A stretch of DNA of 64,000 bases from Psilocybe cubensis (GCA_017499595.2 CM039000.1:186001-250000), one strand, 5' to 3'. Positions 1 through 13,000 are shown, numbered from the stretch's first letter. Notes: generated by a model not told the origin, from the sequence alone. Program-made: numbers and translations.

Positions 1-543
1 TCTTTCATCATCTCTTTCACAAAAGTGAAGACATCGTAGTATCAAAGGGTTTTGGGGACATCATTCACGACAATAATACCATTGTTTCAGTTCGTTTGAA
101 CTCGGAACACTAAATACGTCGGTCGCGAAAGCAGCCACTTCCAGACAACCAGTTCATTGTTTGCGCACGGACCCTCTTCAGCCGCGCATTTGCATGTCGC
201 AGTCGTTTGTCGTGGGAGTTGCGGTCCCGATATCGCTTCTTCCAATCGCTCGATTGCTGCTCTGCGAATATCCAAGTTGACGATTAAAACAAAGAAGCAA
301 AGCGCCTTTGGGTATCTGAAAAAGGAGTCATTATTCATAATGCCAAGGTTCGGGGAGTAGCAATGATTTTTTAGAATTTTACAATAAAGAGCGATTGTGC
401 ACAGCTCTGAGATGTGTTCCAACGATGTGATTTGTATATCGATGTATAAGTACACCTTCAGAAATTGAGGAAAATAAAACAGTACTTTCATCCCACCTTC
501 GAATCCAACAACACCAACACCACCATCTTACATCGACCAACAC

Positions 544-2714
544 ATGTTTACTACGTGCTTTGCAGCGCCTTCAATTCAAAACATAAGTGAGCACTACAAC
601 TATCGACATGTCAGCTCAATTTTGACCCACATCGTTAATAGAGATTTTATGGAGTGCGGGAAACCCACCCCATCGTCGTAAGGTATCCACCCCAACGAAG
701 ACATATACACATTTCCATGCTCCATCTATACTGGGTCGGTTGTTTCCATCGAGGACTCCAGCACGATTAGATATCTATGGCGTCTTCAAGTTAAGACATT
801 GGTAAGCATTCATTTGCCCAGCTATTGACGTGGAAATGAAAATCTGACTCTGACTGTAGAGGCCGCATTTAGTTTATACCAAAAAGAGGGGACAAGTGAT
901 GGGAAGAAGACGTGGGGCAGGACTCCAACACGTCTATCCCAGGGTATATTGTTAAAGATAAAGGTTCTATACACTGTGTTGTTTGTCAATGCTCACCCCA
1001 ATCACGCTGCTAGATATGATTTTGAAAGGAGTGTGTGATTGGAAAGCAATAGAGTGTTTGTTTAGTTTTCTCTTTGCAATTTGTCTCAGTCCAGAGATTC
1101 TTCATCCCAATGTCAATGGACTCGGTATAAACACCGTCGAGCAGGTCACCTAATATATATTTTGTATTTGTAAAAAATTCAGCAAAAACAAGAAAGACTT
1201 TAGTGGAACAGTCCACGCTGGCGACGCAGTCGACTTTGATCAGCCGAATGCCAAGTGGTGACGAAAAGGCGTTTCTTTCTACTACACAATCTCAACAAAA
1301 CACTTACGACAAGTATTCTATCTTATTCGTAGAACGCATTTTTGCAGTGGTGGACGTGATAGAGTGCAGAAATGACATCAACGTCATAGTCCCATTACAG
1401 AGCCATTTTAACCATTGGTTAAACCTCCCTATTTTTGAGATGGGCGAAGGTAGCTCGCAGCCGCGCAACATGTTCCCCTCATACAGAGAGGCGGAACATA
1501 CACATAAAAACGGATCCATTGAACCGAATCACAACCCTGCCTCCGGATCCCTTACAAGCCCCGTCGAGGCGACATACGGCAGTGACCAGATTTTCAACGG
1601 AGGGTATGCTATAGTCCCACCTCTCGATCGCGGAGAACTAATGTTTGAACCAGATGGGAGTGCAGAACTGAAATCAATGTCATAGTTCGATTACAGAGCC
1701 ATTTCAACCGCTGGCTTTACCTCGCTATGTCGAGATGGGCGAAGGTTCCTCGCAGTCGTGCAACATGTTTTCCTCATACAGAGAGGCGGAACATATACAT
1801 ACTAAATCTAAATCCATTGAACCGGATCGCAACCTTGCCTCCGGGTCCCTTACGGGCCCTGTCGAGGCGATATACGGCAGTGACCAGACTGTCCATGGAG
1901 GGTATGTTGTAGTTCCGCCTCTCAATCGAAGAGAACTAATGTCAAATAAATTTGAACCAGATGAGAGTGCCGCATGCGTCTTGGAGAGGTGCAGAGGTAC
2001 GCCACATTGTGGATTATCTTTCAATAAACGATGGCTGACTGGAGATATATCAGTGGAAGTGAGGCGAATGGAGAATAGAAGCTGGTGGACGGATGGATAA
2101 TCATCTGGAACGACGAGGGAAGGAGTATTCAAGAAGTGAGTTTTGATTTTGTGTTTGATAAACTTGAAACACATAAGACTGACCTGCTTTAAACGATCTT
2201 AGCCTTGGGGAGGATATACAGGCCATTATGCGAATTCGCAACAATCTGATGGTGGTGGTGGTTGCAGGCCGAGGTACGACGCCGGTGTTAGAACAAGTAT
2301 TCACTTTTCCTCACGTCTCTCGGAGTCTTATCTCCGATCGATCGTGCGAAAGGCGAACGACTTGTTCAGGATTGCAGTAAATTGGGTTTTACAGCTAATT
2401 GCAAACCCTGAATCCCGCCCTACGACAATTTGCTAGGAGTACAGTGATAGATGATTTCTAGCGTCATACCGGAGGATTTTTGCCCCACTCCGTGACTCCT
2501 TTGAAGCGCTGGATTACTGCATAGACAGCAACTTTTTTAGAACGGCATACACCTGCAACTAGCTGTAAGATGTCTTAAATTTTATGAGCTGGTGTCAAAA
2601 ACCTGACTTTCCTCGCGTTTTGCAGGGAACCTTGAATGTTAAATTAGTGCACTGGCAAATAACTTGGTTAGAAAAGAAGTCACTGAATCTTGTAGCACGA
2701 TCGAGTATCATATA
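544..2714 (+). pseudogene. Degenerate multi-exon gene of unknown function containing an internal tandem duplication of an exon+intron unit
   Basis: Series of fungal-type introns (e.g. GTGAGC 587-641, GTAAGC 802-859, GTATGC 1604-1653, GTATGT 1902-1960, GTGAGT ~2137-2202, GTAAGA ~2564-2625). Splicing gives a 1-nt deletion in the second repeat copy and an in-frame TGA right after the 1902-1960 intron. Boundaries are approximate. Confidence 0.4.
1361..1970 (+). repeat. Diverged direct tandem duplication (~295-310 bp unit) of an exon plus its downstream intron
   Basis: Copy 1 (~1361-1655) and copy 2 (~1658-1970) share GAGTGCAGAA...ATTACAGAGCCATTT...ATGGGCGAAGGT...ATACAGAGAGGCGGAACATA...GGCAGTGACCAGA...GGGTATG...GAACTAATGT...TTTGAACCAGATG. 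ORFs 1203-1685 and 1735-2100 share MGEGSSQ..NMF.SYREAEH.H. Confidence 0.9.
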
Positions 2715-3042
2715 GAAAATCGCAGCACTTTGTAGAATACAATAAAAGGAAGAGTAAAATAGTCTCGAAATCTATCTTCTTTTACCTACAAATATCAGAG
2801 AGTGAACACCTAAATCCTCGCTCACGAAGGTTCATTCAGTCTGCTTAAGATCTTACTTGCTGCTCCAGAGGATCACCCTCACCAACGCCGGTATTCTTTG
2901 TTAATCAGGGAAACCTTGTTCACTATACTACATTTTTAATAGTCTGCTAGGAGTTTATTCATCGCTCAATACACCAGTACTATACCAATTATATCAGAGG
3001 TAAATCCTCATTTCATATTTGCTACATCTTTCAGCAGTGATG

Positions 3043-4343
3043 TATGGAAAGCCGGAAGAGCGAGGTGCCCAGACATAAACCAAACATCGTCCGGCAGGTA
3101 TGCCGAGTGATCGATAGGCAACACACAATCCCGCTATGCCTGAGTGACTTCCGACACCCTGCACCGAGTCCATTTTCAAAATAAGTATACTCCGTCACAT
3201 ACTTTAGGTATTACCTGCCATGGGTAGGTAATTTGGATACACACATAATTATTACATTAGTACACAATATGACGCAAAATTTTACTAGTTATTGGCATGG
3301 CGGGTAATTGCGTCGAAGCCGACTTTTCGAGTTATTTTTTGCCCTCTATTACTTAGTTATGGCCTGTAAGAAAGGGTTTGTGACGTTAGTGACAAATGTG
3401 GCTCCAAAAGCAACAGCGGTTCCGTAGCGGCACACGGAAAATATTCGAAAATGAAGCTTAGAGGTCGAATAGACAAATTAAATTACTCTGTATTTCTGTA
3501 TTCGACACCGGTTCTCTAGCTACTACATAGCTGCATTTATACTGTAAAAATAAGGTGTTCAAAGGAAGTAGACAAAGAAAGAGATACAAGAGGGTTAAAT
3601 GGGAAATACATGAAGGTGGAGTACAACTGTACAAGTCAGTTTTAAGGGGAATAAAATGAAGAAATAGGAATAAAAAATAAAGAAAATGAGCTAAAGGACT
3701 GCGTGTATTGGGTGGACGGAGCGAAGGTGAAGTCCACAGAAAAGAAAATTATAGATAAGATAAAAGGAAGATAGTTGGGGGTGTGGGAAACAGTCCGGAT
3801 CGTCACACCCACCATTGGTTTTCGCTCACATCAAGGCTTTCATCCTCATCTCAAGGTTTCAACGAGGTTGAGCTTACACCACTCACCGTGCTCTCTCACC
3901 TGCCCTAGCCACCTCCTTTTTATCTTCTCTCATATCCATCACATCCATTGCCCGTGACCAACCGCCCGCTGCGCTGAGCGCATACCAAAGTCTGGTTTGT
4001 ATATGTAAGCACTGGCTCTTTTTAAAAGCAGCTTACCTGTCCTAGTTGACTTCCTTTCGTATCATCAATGCGCTAGCCAAGGCCCAAATACCGCGGTCAT
4101 CTTAATCATGCAACAATATTCAATTTATTGCCTTTCTTACAGGGCAGAACTAAATGATAGACAGCAAAAAATAACATACCTAAGTATGTAACGGAATATA
4201 CTTATTTGTATAGTGGACTCGGTGCAGGGTGCCAGAAGTCATTCAGGCGTAGCGGGATTGTGTGTTGCCTATCGATCACTCGGCATACCTGCCGGACAAT
4301 GTTTGGTTTGTGTCTGGGCACCTCGCTCTTCCGGCTTTCCATA
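3043..4343. mobile_element. Non-autonomous DNA transposon (~1.3 kb) with ~165-bp imperfect TIRs and 6-bp TSD GTGATG
   Basis: Left end TATGGAAAGCCGGAAGAGCGAGGTGCCCAGACA... (3043-~3210) is the reverse complement of the right end ...TGTCTGGGCACCTCGCTCTTCCGGCTTTCCATA (~4177-4343). Flanked by GTGATG at 3037-3042 and 4344-4349. No internal transposase ORF. Confidence 0.9.
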
Positions 4344-4617
4344 GTGATGAGATAGGTCTTTTCTATTTAGGAATTCAAGTGATGACAAAAGACATGTTAT
4401 TAGTATTAGAACACCCATGAAAAAGATTCAATCTTATCCGTAGAATGTGTTCGTGCAGTCATGGTTATGACACAGCCTAGAACTGAGATCTATTTGGAGT
4501 GATTACTTGCATGGAGACCATAATAATATATGAGCACGAATGCGAATGCGGGGTAAACAATACAGAAAAGTAATTAGACTGTAGACTGCAGTAATAAGTA
4601 AATGCAGGGGCAGAACT

Positions 4618-4830
4618 AGGCCGCGGGAAGCTTCCCTAAGTGCTTATCCGGAAATTTACTGATTTTGGCCCTCAAATCTGCGAGATTTTGGGTCTCAAAT
4701 GCGCGAAACCATGTCAGGAATACTTCCAAGTTGCAAATATGGTAATTTTTCTCCCCCTGCGGGCCGTCAATCAGTCAACACCGACAAAATTATTGTAAAA
4801 AGTCCTACTATTTTGGCGCATTTAATGAAT
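4618..4830 (-). mobile_element. Diverged, truncated relative of the 5310-5739 MITE in opposite orientation
   Basis: Starts AGGCCGCGGGAAGCTTCCCTAAG, compared with AGGACCCGGGAAGCTCCCCTAG. Contains TTTTGGCCCTCAAATCTGC and AATTTTTCTCCCCCTGCGGG, near-matches to the reverse complement of motifs in the right half of the 5310-5739 element. Confidence 0.6.
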
Positions 4831-4833
4831 TTT

Positions 4834-5098
4834 GTGCTGTTTGTATTACTTACAGAAAATGTGTATGTTTTACTAACACCGGACAAACACAATTTGTGTA
4901 ATTTAGGTGTTTATTCCATTTACAGGCTACTTACAGTAATTGTGTTTGGTCGGCATACAGCCACCAAACACAGTATGTCTTTGTTAAATTTTTGTTTTCC
5001 CGACACATATGCTGTAAGTTGAACATACACCTAAACTTACATAAGACATGTAAGTTTACTGCTGTATATTTAACTTACAGCGGTCGGCGCCCGCAGTG
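4834..5098. mobile_element. Solo arm of the CACTG-terminated foldback element also present at 39401-40039
   Basis: Near-identical to the arms of 39401-40039 (TACAGAAAATGTGTATGTTTTACTAACACCGGACAAACAC...) and ends in GCGGTCGGCGCCCGCAGTG. The other arm is missing. Confidence 0.9.
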
Positions 5099-5309
5099 TC
5101 ACTTCCCTCGCATACCCTACACTGTAAGATCTGTATGTCCTTTGATAATCTTGAACAGTCATTGTTGGGGCTAATTTGCGTTTACGTATTCACTGACTAT
5201 CGTGGATACCTGAAGTAATTGCTTGCATGGAGATCATAATTCATGAACGTGAACAAGAATACCCGGTAAATCATACAGAAAAATAATTAGACTGCAGTGA
5301 CCTGCAAGT

Positions 5310-5739
5310 AGGACCCGGGAAGCTCCCCTAGAGGTCTGTCCGCATTTTGCGGATTTGAGGGCCAAAATTTGGCCAAATGATTGTCCTACTTTTGGCGGAT
5401 TCGAGGGCATTTTGACCCAAGCATTGTCCGCTTTTTGCGGATTTTAGGGCCAATTAGACAAACTTTTTTGAAAAAATTTCCATCACGTCGTCCATGGGAA
5501 ACCGTGCCCTAAAAGAGCTTTTTTGGGTCCAATTAGGCACCAACAATGGCATTTTGCCAGTAAAACATTTGAAAGCGTGACTCCGGCATTATCCGAGGCC
5601 GCAATCAATTTTCATGCCCCGCAGGGAGAAAAAATTTCCCAATTAGGAAACTCTAAATATCATTGTCCGCTTTTGCGGATTTGAGGGCCAAAATCGGGCA
5701 AAAAAGCGGACAGACCTCTAGGGGAGCTTCCCGGGTCCT
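5310..5739. mobile_element. MITE, 430 bp, 34-bp perfect TIR, 8-bp TSD CTGCAAGT
   Basis: AGGACCCGGGAAGCTCCCCTAGAGGTCTGTCCGC ... GCGGACAGACCTCTAGGGGAGCTTCCCGGGTCCT. CTGCAAGT at 5302-5309 and 5740-5747. Four internal copies of a TGTCCGC..TTTTGCGGATTT.AGGGC motif. Confidence 0.93.
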
Positions 5740-6402
5740 CTGCAAGTTGAGCTGGCATATAGACTTATAAATGGTGCAGTGCACATTGTGAAACTCGAAT
5801 ACGTGACCATCGAGAGTCATCAGACTCGTTGACTCAATGCACTGTACTCTAATAACCTTTCGCTGCGTGTATGCCAACGAAGAGGGACAAGAATAATCCT
5901 CGGCGCAGCTCCGCTCCGCCCCGCACTGGACCCGTCCCAGCCACATGATTGATTACATAATCGATCATCGCCAACTCGGGCCTTTTTTTTGTTCGATTTT
6001 CCGCAACTCACACGGTTGCCCGCGTTTGAACTGAAGAGACAGCGCGGCGGCGTTGCTCTGCTCTGTTCTGCTGGTCCATCCATCTGCCGCTCTCTTGTTT
6101 TCTCACTTTGTTGCAACGACGGAACGTCGACAGCGTTGGATTGATTGAGGGAAATTGAAAGGGGTCTTCGTTGTACTCGTTCCCATCAAGAATCACAGAA
6201 CCGGACCCAGAATCAGAATCAGCAGCAACCAACCAACCATCCTTTCCTGACCTTTTCGCTGTTTTCTCCTTGCCTTTTCCCTCCACCTACGCACACACAG
6301 TGACGGATTTGCGGCGGACAAGCCCGGAGCACTGCGAATACACACGCTCTCTTTTCTCATTTAAACTACTTTCTCTTTTCTCTATAGTCTGATAGTCGCA
6401 TC

Positions 6403-9400
6403 ATGAGTGCGTACGCTCGCTGTTCGTATATGCGCCTTCGCTGACCTCTCTTACACCGCCCCAGGTTCTCCAACTTCGTACGTCCCCGAATCTCCCCGCA
6501 CATACATTGACTTACACAGTGCAGCACGACGGTGTCCAGCACAACTAGCTCCAGCATATCCTCTACATCCTCCACCACCACATCCACCACTTCTTCCACA
6601 TCCAGCACCTCAATCTCATCAACATCGTCCAGTACCTCTGAATCATCTTCCTCTTCATCGTCCTCGTCTAGCACATCGGAATCAAGCACATCAAGCACGA
6701 GCACGAGCACCACCTCGAGTACTACTAGCTCGACGAGCAGCACTACACGGACGACGGAGAGCATTACTGGGCCTACGGGAGGTGGAGTGGTGACGCGCAC
6801 GTCGACGACGATTGCGACGGGTACGACCAGTCTGGGGCCGACTCGCACCGCAGAGCCGTCAGGCAATAAATCGTACGTTCTTGTTTTCCCTTTCGTTTCT
6901 TGTCTTCGCCCCCTATTTTTCTCCCTTTCGTTTGCTTCTCCCTGTTGTGTTGCGCATCTCGGGCTATTGTGATGTCCGGTGCACCCCTTTGCGGTTTACA
7001 GTTTACATTTTTGCTGTCGCGCACGACATCCTGGTGCCTACTTCCCACCCACTTTAACCGTTTCGCGCAGGCACGTTACACGTCGTGTCTCCCGAAACCA
7101 CCGGAAATGCACTCATATATGCGCATATACGTACTTCAAACAGGCTGGGGGTGTTGAATCTCCCGTTCTACGTTGGGTGGGGAGGACTGCGTTGATTGTT
7201 CCTTATGGCCCATTCTTCTTCCTGTCAATACACCCGCATAGATGCACATATGCGCACAGCTAGCCGCGACTTTGCAATGGAACGCAATGCAGACATCCGC
7301 TGTGGTTGCCTCAAACTGCCGGGAATATGCGCATATATGCGCGCGTATATGCATATACGGCGTTTTGAACCCCCCGCTTTGCATTGTGTGGGGTAGGCAG
7401 TGGCGATCGTTTCTGTTTTTACCCTTCTTTTCTTCTTGCCAATACACCCGCATATATGCGCATATACGTACAACTAGCCACACCTATCGTTTGCAGTGCA
7501 GTGCAGACATCTGATGTGCTTTCAGTGTTGGGTAGTATGGGTTATAAATTCGCCACTCTGCGCTGACCAGTGGGTCAACTTTTATGCGAGGGGTATGGTT
7601 TCCTGGTATTATGTTTTGTTCACGATCCTTGTTTTTTTGCCCCTTTTTATGTTTTTTTACCCTTTCTATTTCTCGTTGGGTATTTGCTATATTTTTTATG
7701 TTCCTTGCTTTCTTTTTTGTTTAATGCCTTTGACATTGTCGTTGTGGACAATGGGTCATCGTGATGTTCAACGCAACCATGCATAAATTAATTTGATGTT
7801 GGTGCTGGGTATATCGGTTCAGCTGGGAGTGTTCAATTCCCTGCTCTACGCTGAGTGCGTTGGGCGGATTGATCCTTTCCCCCTTCCTCCCTCCTTTTCC
7901 TCTTGCCATTACACTTGCATATATGCGCATACGCAACCCCACAACTACACCTGTGCTGTGCTACGTCACACCTGCTGTAGTTTTGGTGCGGGGTTTTCCT
8001 ATGGGCCCTGGTGTTGGATTTGGCGAGGACCGGGTGTGCAGTGGAGTGACTCTGAATTGTTCCGCTCACAATGATACATTCGGTTAGACGTAGCTAGTTG
8101 TCCACGTCTATGGGATGCAGGTGTTTCTCGGTGTCGGTTGGGTGGGCGGTTTCGATTTTCCATTCGGAAAGGAATCTCTGGCTTGAGCGTCGGTGCTGTT
8201 GACTCATGTGTCAAAATTCCACCCTTAACGCGGGCGCATTGAGCTTTCGCTTCTTTTTTTCATTTTCCATTTTACTTGTATTGGGTTGTCTACTCTTCTT
8301 TTCTGTTCTGTCCGTTGTATGATGATCTTCACGATGTAACTGACGTTGTTTTCCCTGCATCATTTTCTCTCACACATCCTATTTCCACCCTTCGCCCTTC
8401 CCACTTCCCACACTTCTCCCCAAAACACGTAAATGACCCGATCGCACAAACACACAACAACATCCATCACCAACAACAGATTCTTCGACAACACAGGGGC
8501 TGTTGCAGGCACATTCAGCGTCGTCGGCCTTGTCGTTCTCGCATTGCTCATCGCTTGTATCACGTCCGCTGTTCGCCGCCGCCGCGCACGCAAATTCGAC
8601 CGGGAGCTGCAGGCTGCGACTTTGGAAGCAGCGTCTGCCCCTAAGCCAGTGTTCTTGGATGATGAGGATGATGCACCGGTGAGAGGTGGAGCAGGAGTGT
8701 ATGACCCAGAGGGATACGCGCCTGGTGGAGGAGGAGGGTACTCGGATGTGTCGAGCCATGGGACGTATGGGCAACCTGCGATGAGCGTTGGGAGTCATTC
8801 GTATTCGCATGGTGGAGGTGGGGGTGGTGAGGCATATGGGATGAGGGAGATGCATTCATATGCAGGACCTGGTGGAACGGGATCTGGGTCGGGTCCAGGA
8901 CCTGGATATGGCGGTGGGTATGGTGCGGGTGGTGGCGGAGGAATGGGAGGTGGTGGAGGTGGAGTGGCACCAGGCGAAATATTCGATCCCTACGCCGCAG
9001 GCGTCGCTGGTGCCGCTGCAGGTGGTGTTGCAGGTATTGGCGCCGTCAGGGCGCGTAGCATGCGACACGCCGCTGAGCAGGGTCAACAAACTTACAATAA
9101 TACTGGCGGTACCCCCGACGACGGGCACCCGCACCAGCCCCAACCGTATGCTGCTTTCGCAAGTGCACCGGCTGCTGGATACGATCCGTATGCGGGTGCT
9201 GGCGGGCCGTTTGCGGGCATCGGAACGAACTCACAAACATCGTCTGGCGGTGGCGTTGGTAGTGGTGGATACGGTGTGGTAAGTGGAGGGGGCAGCGGAA
9301 CTGCGAACGCCTTAGCGCAACGCAACGCGGAGATCTTGGAGGCTGCGGGTATGGGCGCGCATCTGGCTGGTGCCGGTATGCTTGCACGGGGTATGTCTGT

Positions 9401-10070
9401 CTCTCAGGCACAAGGCCAAGGACTGCATCATAGGACGTCGCCATCGCAGGAGTTTAGGGATTTGGAAAGGAGTAGGAGTATGGGTGCGAGCTCGGCGACA
9501 CAGTATCCGCCACAGCAGTATAGCCCGCCACCGCAGTGGTCACAGGTGGCCGCGGGCGCTTATGGACAGCAAGGCCAGTCCCAATCCCAATCCCAGTCGT
9601 ACGCCCAGCAATCCCAATCCCAATCGTACACGCAACAATCGCATTCGTACACTCAACAATCTTCGTATTCCACCACGCAGCAATCCCAATCGCACTCCCA
9701 GTCATTCACCCAGCAGCACCAACGAGGGATGTCGACTGGTACAGCGGGTGATGATATGGAGGATGCGTATGGCGGGTATGTCGATGATGGTGATGATGCA
9801 AGTCCTGGGGAGCGTCTGCCGAATCCGTTTGATGCCGCTGCTGCCGCCAGTGGATCCGCGGCGGGTGCAGGTGCGCTAGGAGCAGCCGCTGCGAAGGGTA
9901 CGGTTCATAGCGGTGGAAGTGGGAGTGGAAGTGGGCAAAGCCATGGTCATAGTACAGGTACGGGCACAGAGAGGGAGAGTAGGAGCAGGTATAGCGATGA
10001 GGTTGATGATCTTGATGGTGAGGAGGAAGAAGAGGAGAAACCTAGGGTTTTGAAGGTTGCGAATCAGTAA
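6403..10070 (+). CDS. Ser/Thr-rich single-pass membrane protein (Mid2/Wsc-like cell-surface sensor architecture) with long Gly/Gln/Ser/Tyr-rich cytoplasmic tail
   Basis: Two short introns after the ATG (~6407-6464, 6478-~6524), then a Ser/Thr-rich exon to 6872. A GTACGT...CAG intron 6873-8479 joins in frame (PSGNKS|FFDNTGAVAGTFSVVGLVVLALLIACITSAVRRRRARK). The TM helix is followed by a basic stop-transfer, and the C-terminus ends LKVANQ. The true 5' end is uncertain. Confidence 0.8.
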
Positions 10071-13000
10071 AGGAGTGAAGTTGGGAAAGTCGGGGAGTCG
10101 AGATGCATTGGCTATGCGTCAGCAGTTCGGCGGGGGTTTCTCGAGTCCTCTTTTTTTAGCTCCCCCCACCAGTTCAGTTCCTCTGCAGGCCAACGCGGGG
10201 TCTGTGCATGTGTAACGCGAATATGACGGATGTGGACGTCGACGACGATATTCGACCATCCTTTCCCCATGTTCGCCATCGACATTATCGACTCGCCACT
10301 CGCTTGAACAAATAAAAAGAAAACTATGGTTTGAACTGACTTGATTCCCATGTCAAATATTTTCCTCTTGTCGTCTTTTTTTTTCTTTTTATCTGTTTCT
10401 TTTCTTATTCGTTTAAATTTATTCTTCCTCTTTTTTCCTTTCCCCTTATCAACCACCCACCTCAAAAAATGTTAACGGCGCTATCCTCCCTCACTGTCCC
10501 CCGATCCTCCAACCTCCAACCTCCTCCTTTCCCTCTCATACTTTCCCAGACATGGTTTCGCCTCACCCCGTTCTCCCCTGCGCCACCTATCGCCTGTTTA
10601 CCCATCCGCCTTGCTCGCTTCCCTGCCTGCTCTGCTCTGTCCGATATCGATATCTATTGCACACCGGTTCTCGATTCCTACATTCCTATGCAAGGATTTG
10701 TGTAACCTCCCACGCTCGTTCGTAACCCCCAGGAGTAATTGTCCTATTATATCTATTGACTTTTTTTAGTTCATACTTTTTTTCATACTTTTTTTTTTAT
10801 TTCTTGATTCTCGATTCTTGACTTTTTTAACGTTGACGTTTGATTTTTTTTTTATTCTTGATGTTAACATTTTCTTTTTTGAAAATTATACTTATGCTCA
10901 ACATACCCACTCATCTTTTGTTTTCTGTCAAACTCCAGGCTTCACCGTCACCCCCCGCTGCCGCTGGTGTCCTTGCGCGTGTGTGTATACCCTGTTTGTT
11001 TTTTTGTTAGCCGTATACCTCTTATCTCTTCCTGTTTATTCTATACATCTTGAAGCTTGATCCCTCTGTCCTCCTATTTCTTTATTCCCGCCATCCCTTC
11101 TCCCTTCTCACTTCCCCGTTTTATCCCACCGACTACTTCAACGACCGTCACCGACACTGACAGTGACTCCGACAGGAAGGATGGCTCAACACTCTAAAGG
11201 ACAGACAGGGATCAGGGTTTCACCGCCGCAGCGTACCGTTTATCTCCTAAACTTGCGCTCTACATGGTACGCACGCGAATGTGCTGGGGGGGACGTACTT
11301 GTAGTCCGCTCGAAACGCTTAAACGGTATGTTGGGTGGGAGTGGTGGAACGTGCTCACTTTGCGTCTGTCCCCCACATTCCACATTACACGTTCCACATT
11401 CCCACCGACTTGCCACCTACCTCTTTTCTTTCGTCGTTGTCGTGAGATATTGCTTCTTGTGATATATGATATATACGCAGTGTGTTATTTTTGATCTTTT
11501 TTGCGCCTCTCTTGTTTTTAAATTATGTGTACTTTTTCAATTTTATTTTTTTGTGTTTGTTTTTTAGGGTTTGAGGTTTGAAGGTTTTTGGAAGATTGGG
11601 TTATTTATTGGGATACTGGGTTATTGAATCTAAGTATGTTTGTGAAAATGTGAATCTTGCTGCGGGATCGTAGTACATACTACCGTACTAGTGTTCAGTT
11701 TTGTCGGTCTTTTATTTAGTGTTTTTGATTGTTCAGAACTGCAATAAACCACGAAACATATCAGAAGAAATATGGGAGAGACGAAAGAGCCTGTTCAAAT
11801 CCGGGTGCAAGGACGGATTGATGTAGGTCAATATACCGCAGGCCCAGGGGCGTGTGGGTGCTTCGGTAGCAATAGGCCGCGGGAGAGTCTCACCTCTCGA
11901 GGTTATAACACGACACACAAAAAACATGACATCTGCTCATGGCCAATATGAACTTCCCAGTAACGCGTCCCAACGCACAAATCGAAAGCGGGGCATCTCA
12001 AGTGCACAATGCACTTAGGTCACCGCATTCCATTGTTGAAGTACGGTCACAGGAAAGTTCGATATGGAGCATATTGTAGATGCAGCTTTTGTTGGTGATA
12101 TGTGAAGAATGGGTGACGAGTGTGTGGAAAGTACGAGTATGGTTTGATATGATTCAAGGTGCAGTGTTGGATCTAGGTGGTGTTTGGATGCATACCAGGC
12201 TTGAGTCAGGGAATAAGATTGGAGGACGAAGGATATGCAAGTCACGGAAGAGATAAGTAAGGGAGACGAACCATTCCTCTCATTCTTTTGACCTCGAATC
12301 CACAGTACTCGCCCCGTCGTAACTACCACAGCCACGTGTGAGACCCTGATGCCTTACCGCTCAACAGGGTATCGTGTCTTTTGGATTGCATCTAGCCATC
12401 TAGGTGCTGACGCGAATAAGTTCAAGAGACAATGCGATTTTTGAGAGATATATGGCAACACTTAGAAGTGGTCTGGTAGCTAGTGAGAGTAACATGAGAT
12501 GTAAAGGAAGGAAGAAGAACCGTTTCAAGCCTGGTCTGATCAGAAATGAGGCAATTTATAACCAAAGCGTGGGATTTATTCGTATTTATTTTGTCTAGGC
12601 GAGTGACTTGTACGTCTTAGCTGGAACCTGAGAACCTTTTAATACAGAAGTTTCTTCACTACTGTTATATCGCAAGACGTAATATACCAATCTAGTCGAA
12701 ATACTCGACAGAATTGAATTAGCGAGTACGTTAACAAGTTCTCTCGTCGGAACGGCTCACAGAGAAGAATGTTCGCCAAGCGTTCAGTGAGCGAGTATCC
12801 CTCGAACACAAATTTCATCCGAATAACCTCACATCGGACGAGTTATTGCTCCGTCAACTCGTCAAGATGCCATTCACGCGTAGACCGGCATTACACTTTT
12901 ATAATATCATTATACTAATGTCATTGTTTCGTTCATAACTCATGTCAGACGCCGAATCTCATTGCTTCCGCACTTGACTAATTAATTGGTCGACGTACTT

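Noticed and set aside
4699-5022. Three near-identical short ORFs (4699-5022, 39477-39689, 39702-40076) that look like a gene family
   Set aside because: They are translations of the foldback element arms and show no gene structure.
5337-5695. Four copies of a ~28-bp motif with spacers, superficially CRISPR-like
   Set aside because: Eukaryotic DNA, irregular spacing, and located inside a MITE as subterminal repeats.
6366-6866. Minus-strand Val/Asp/Glu-rich ORF, and the many overlapping ORFs across 8360-9879 and 34563-36033
   Set aside because: These are antisense or alternative-frame shadows of GC-rich or low-complexity real genes.
10100-11720. Long T-rich and pyrimidine-rich tract with hydrophobic ORFs
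   Set aside because: Low-complexity 3'/intergenic sequence with no coherent exon chain.
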